DNA from: the human T2T-CHM13v2.0 reference genome, Homo sapiens
Assembly (NCBI RefSeq): GCF_009914755.1
Contig: NC_060947.1
Direction: 5' to 3' (one strand)
DNA length: 64,000 bases
The position numbers were made by a program, and so were the translations under genes. How positions within the stretch are numbered: position 1 is the stretch's first letter; each line of letters opens with the position of its first letter. Below the pieces are notes generated by a model. It ran no database searches and had not been told where the DNA came from. It worked only from the letters and a program-made list of their open reading frames with translations. Positions 59,501 to 64,000 of the stretch are shown here, piece by piece.

Positions 59501-62500
59501 CTATGTCGTTTTTAGGAGAAGATATTTCCTTTTCCAACACAGTCCTCCAAGCCCGCTAAATAGCCACTTGCACATTGTAGAAAAAGTGTGTCAAAGCTGC
59601 GCTATCAAAGGGAAAGTTCAACTCTGTGAGGTGAATGCAAACATCCCAAAGAAGTTTCTGAGAATGCTTCCGTTTAGCTTTTAGGTGAAGATTATCCCGT
59701 TTCCAACGAAACCTTCAAAGAGGTCCAAATATCCCCTTGCGGATCCCACAGAAAGAGTGTTTCGAAACTGCTGTTTCAAAAGGAATCTTCAACTCTGTGA
59801 GTTGAATGCAATCATCACAAAGAAGTTTCTGACAATGCTTCTCTCTCGTCTTTCTGTGAAGATAAAGGAAAAGGCTTTCAGGCCTTTGCCACCACAGGCC
59901 TGAAAGCGCTCCAAATGTCCACTTGCAGATTCTGCCAAAAGAATATTTCAAAACTGCTCTATGAAAAGCAATGTTAAACTCTGCGGCTCGAACACAAACA
60001 TCACAAAGCAGTTTCTGAGAATGCTTCAGTTTAGTTTTTCTGTGGAAATATTCCCGTTTCCAAAGAAATCTTCAAAGAGGTCCACGTATCCACTTACAGA
60101 TTCTACAAAAAGACAGTTTCAAAACTGCTCCATCAAAAGGAGGGTTCAACTGTGTGACTTGAATGCAATCATCACTCAGAAGTTTCTGAGAATGCTTCTC
60201 TTTAGTTTTTACGTGAACATATACCCGTTTCGAACGAAGGCCAACCAGTGGTCCAAATATCCACTTGCAGATTCTACAGAAAGAGTGTTTCGAACCTGAA
60301 CTCTCAAAGGCAGGTTCATCTCTGCGAGTTAAATGCATTCATCATGAAGAACTTTCTCAGCGTGTTTGTGTTTAGTTATGGGAAATTATTCCCGTTTCCA
60401 ACGAAATCCTCAGAGAGCTCCAAATATCCACCTGCAGATTCTACCAAAAGTGTATTTGGAAACTGCTCCATCAAAAGGCATGTTCAGCTCTGTGAGTGAA
60501 ACTCCATCATCACAAAGAATATTCTGAGAATGCTTCCGTTTGCCTTTTATATGAACTTCCTTCCTGTACCACCGTAGGCCTCAAAGCAGTCCAAATCTCC
60601 ATTTGCAGATTCTACAAAAAGAGTGATTCCAATCTGCTCTATCAATAGGATTGTTCAACTCCATGAGTTGAATGCCATCCTCACAAAGTCGTTGCTGAGA
60701 ATGCTTCTATCTGGTTTTTGTGTGAAGATATTTCCTTTTCCACCACAGGCCTCAAAGCCCTCCAAACGTCCACTTTCAGATTCTCGAAAAAGAGTGTTTC
60801 ATAGCTGCTCTTTCAAAAGGAAAGTTCAACTCTGGGAGTTGAATACAAACATCACAAAGTAGTTTCCGAGAATGCTTCTGTTTAGTTTTTATGTGAAGAT
60901 GATCCCGTTTCCAGTGAAATCTTCAAAGAGGTCCACATATCCCCTTGCAGATTCCAAAGAAAGAGGGTTTCAAAACTGCTCCATCAGAAGGATTGTTCAA
61001 CTCTGTGAGTTGAATGCAGTCATCGCAGAAAACTTTCTGAGAATGCTTCTGTCTAGGTTTGATGTGAAGATATAGACGTTTCAAACGAAGGCTACAAAGT
61101 GGTCAAAATATACACTTGCAGATTCTACTACAAGGGTGTTGCAAACCTGAACTATCAAAGGAAGGTTCAACTCTGTGAGTTGAATACAAACATCACAAAG
61201 AATGTTCTGAGTTTGCTTCCGTTCAGTTATGGGAAGTTGATCCCGTTCCCAACGAAATCCTCAGAGAGGTCCAAATATCCCCTTGCAGATTCTACAAAAC
61301 GTGTGTTTGGAAACTGCTCCATCATAACGAATGTTCAGCTCCCTGAGTTAAACTCCATCGTCACAAAGAATTTTCTGAGAGTGCTACCGTCTGGTTTTTA
61401 TATGAAGTTCTTTCCTTCACTACCACAGGCCTCAAAGCGGTCCAAATCTCCACTTGCAGATTCTACAAAAAGAGTGTTTGCAAACTGCTCTATCAAAAGG
61501 AATGTTCAACTCTGGGAGTTGAATGCAATCATCACAGAGCAGTTTCTGAGAATGCTTCTATGTCGTTTTTAGGAGAAGATATTTCCTTTTCCAACACAGT
61601 CCCCCAAGCCCGCTAAATAGCCACTTGCACATTGTAGAAAAAGTGTGTCAAAGCTGCGCTATCAAAGGGAAAGTTCAACTCTGTGAGGTGAATGCAAACA
61701 TCCCAAAGAAGTTTCTGAGAATGCTTCCGTTTAGCTTTTAGGTGAAGATTATCCCGTTTCCAACGAAACCTTCAAAGAGGTCCAAATATCCCCTTGCGGA
61801 TCCCACAGAAAGAGTGTTTCGAAACTGCTGTTTCAAAAGGAATCTTCAACTCTGTGAGTTGAATGCAATCATCACAAAGAAGTTTCTGACAATGCTTCTC
61901 TCTCGTCTTTCTGTGAAGATAAAGGAAAAGGCTTTCAGGCCTTTTCCACCACAGGCCTGAAAGCGCTCCAAATGTCCACTTGCAGATTCTGCGAAAAGAA
62001 TATTTCAAAACTGCTCTATGAAAAGCAATGTTAAACTCTGTGGCTCGAACACAAACATCACAAAACAGTTTCTGAGAATGCTTCAGTTTAGTTTTTCTGT
62101 GGAAATATTCCCGTTTCCAAAGAAATCTTCAAAGAGGTCCACGTATCCACTTACAGATTCTACAAAAAGACAGTTTCAAAACTGCTCCATCAAAAGGAGG
62201 GTTCAACTGTGTGACTTGAATGCAATCATCACTCAGAAGTTTCTGAGAATGCTTCTCTTTAGTTTTTACGTGAACATATACCCGTTTCGAACGAAGGCCA
62301 CCAAGTGGTCCAAATATCCACTTGCAGATTCTACAGAAAGAGTGTTTCGAACCTGAACTCTCAAAGGCAGGTTCATCTCTGCGAGTTAAATGCATTCATC
62401 ATGAAGAACTTTCTCAGCGTGTTTGTGTTTAGTTATGGGAAATTATTCCCTTTTCCAACGAAATCCTCAGAGAGCTCCAAATATCCACCTGCAGATTCTA

Positions 62501-64000
62501 CCAAAAGTGTATTTGGAAACTGCTCCATCAAAAGGCATGTTCAGCTCTGTGAGTGAAACTCCATCATCACAAAGAATATTCTGAGAATGCTTCCGTTTGC
62601 CTTTTATATGAACTTCCTTCCTGTACCACCGTAGGCCTCAAAGCAGTCCAAATCTCCATTTGCAGATTCTACAAAAAGAGTGATTCCAATCTGCTCTATC
62701 AATAGGATTGTTCAACTCCATGAGTTGAATGCCATCCTCACAAAGTCGTTGCTGAGAATGCTTCTATCTGGTTTTTGTGTGAAGATATTTCCTTTTCCAC
62801 CACAGGCCTCAAAGCCCTCCAAACGTCCACTTTCAGATTCTCGAAAAAGAGTGTTTCATAGCTGCTCTTTCAAAAGGAAAGTTCAACTCTGGGAGTTGAA
62901 TACAAACATCACAAAGTAGTTTCCGAGAATGCTTCTGTTTAGTTTTTATGTGAAGATGATCCCGTTTCCAGTGAAATCTTCCAAGAGGTCCACATATCCC
63001 CTTGCAGATTCCAAAGAAAGAGGGTTTCAAAACTGCTCCATCAGAAGGATTGTTCAACTCTGTGAGTTGAATGCAGTCATCGCAGAAAACTTTCTGAGAA
63101 TGCTTCTGTCTAGGTTTGATGTGAAGATATAGACGTTTCAAACGAAGGCTACAAAGTGGTCAAAATATACACTTGCAGATTCTACTACAAGGGTGTTGCA
63201 AACCTGAACTATCAAAGGAAGGTTCAACTCTGTGAGTTGAATACAAACATCACAAAGAATGTTCTGAGTTTGCTTCCGTTCAGTTATGGGAAGTTGATCC
63301 CATTTCCAACGAAATCCTCAGAGAGGTCCAAATATCCCCATGCAGATTCTACAAAACGTGTGTTTGGAAACTGCTCCATCATAACGAATGTTCAGCTCCC
63401 TGAGTTAAACTCCATCGTCACAAAGAATTTTCTGAGAGTGCTACCGTCTGGTTTTTATATGAAGCTCTTTCCTTCACTACCACAGGCCTCAAAGCGGTCC
63501 AAATCTCCACTTGCAGATTCTACAAAAAGAGTGTTTGCAAACTGCTCTATCAAAAGGAATGTTCAACTCTGGGAGTTGAATGCAATCATCACAGAGCAGT
63601 TTCTGAGAATGCTTCTATGTCGTTTTTAGGAGAAGATATTTCCTTTTCCAACACAGTCCCCCAAGCCCGCTAAATAGCCACTTGCACATTGTAGAAAAAG
63701 TGTGTCAAAGCTGCGCTATCAAAGGGAAAGTTCAACTCTGTGAGGTGAATGCAAACATCCCAAAGAAGTTTCTGAGAATGCTTCCGTTTAGCTTTTAGGT
63801 GAAGATTATCCCGTTTCCAACGAAAGCTTCAAAGAGGTCCAAATATCCCCTTGCGGATCCCACAGAAAGAGTGTTTCGAAACTGCTGTTTCAAAAGGAAT
63901 CTTCAACTCTGTGAGTTGAATGCAATCATCACAAAGAAGTTTCTGACAATGCTTCTCTCTCGTCTTTCTGTGAAGATAAAGGAAAAGGCTTTCAGGCCTT

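Larger units (their letters stand above)
1..64000 (-). repeat. DXZ1: Alpha-satellite HOR array, 12-mer of 2,057 bp, most likely human chrX centromeric DXZ1 (pentameric suprachromosomal family 3)
   Basis: Seen: alphoid motifs (CACTTGCAGATTCTACAAAAAGAGTG, GTTCAACTCTGTGAGTTGAATGCA, TTTCTGAGAATGCT) recur every ~171 bp, and every ORF recurs at 2,057-bp spacing. GGATCC occurs once per unit (472, 2528, 4585, 6641, 8698 ... 61798, 63855). Established: DXZ1 is a ~2.0-kb BamHI-defined 12-mer. The strand follows the CENP-B box orientation. Confidence 0.96.

Noticed and set aside
55-63629. Hundreds of 63-157 aa ORFs on both strands (MVKIYTCR..., MKIIPF..., MHLTRRDEP...)
   Set aside because: They are translations of the satellite. 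They recur every 2,057 bp, are internally repetitive at 57 aa (171/3), often begin at GTG/TTG, and open or close with random SNVs. I recognise no protein domain.
1-64000. CRISPR-like repeat/spacer array or a prokaryotic defence system
   Set aside because: The sequence between conserved motifs is itself homologous monomer sequence rather than unique spacers, and no cas-like or other genes are present.
1-64000. L1/Alu insertion, inversion or non-alphoid island
   Set aside because: BamHI spacing accounts for all bases between 472 and 63855 (25x2057 + 2x2056 + 2030 + 2x2908 = 63,383). I saw no poly(A) tail, target-site duplication or strand switch.

Overview
The whole 64 kb window is one uninterrupted, single-orientation primate alpha-satellite higher-order-repeat (HOR) array. 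Twelve ~171-bp monomers form a 2,057-bp unit with one BamHI site and a pentameric (5+5+2) substructure, which matches the human X-centromere DXZ1 array read on the strand opposite to the conventional CENP-B-box orientation. I see no protein-coding genes, RNA genes or transposon insertions, and all listed ORFs are by-products of the repeat. The 31 BamHI sites define 30 intervals: 25 x 2,057 bp, 2 x 2,056 bp, 1 x 2,030 bp (27-bp deletion) and 2 x 2,908 bp (17-mer variants). I found no evidence of a new gene-encoded system. The points of interest are internal to the array: (i) a switch near 32 kb from a CENP-B-box-poor to a CENP-B-box-rich HOR haplotype, (ii) the same box-breaking substitution in two paralogous monomers, (iii) an apparently fold-back-templated double hairpin in the 186-bp monomer, (iv) a 27-bp deletion that starts in that hairpin and marks the edge of a ~1.1-kb foreign-haplotype island, and (v) hybrid-monomer 17-mers and multi-HOR duplications. 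All variant calls were read by eye and need alignment to confirm.
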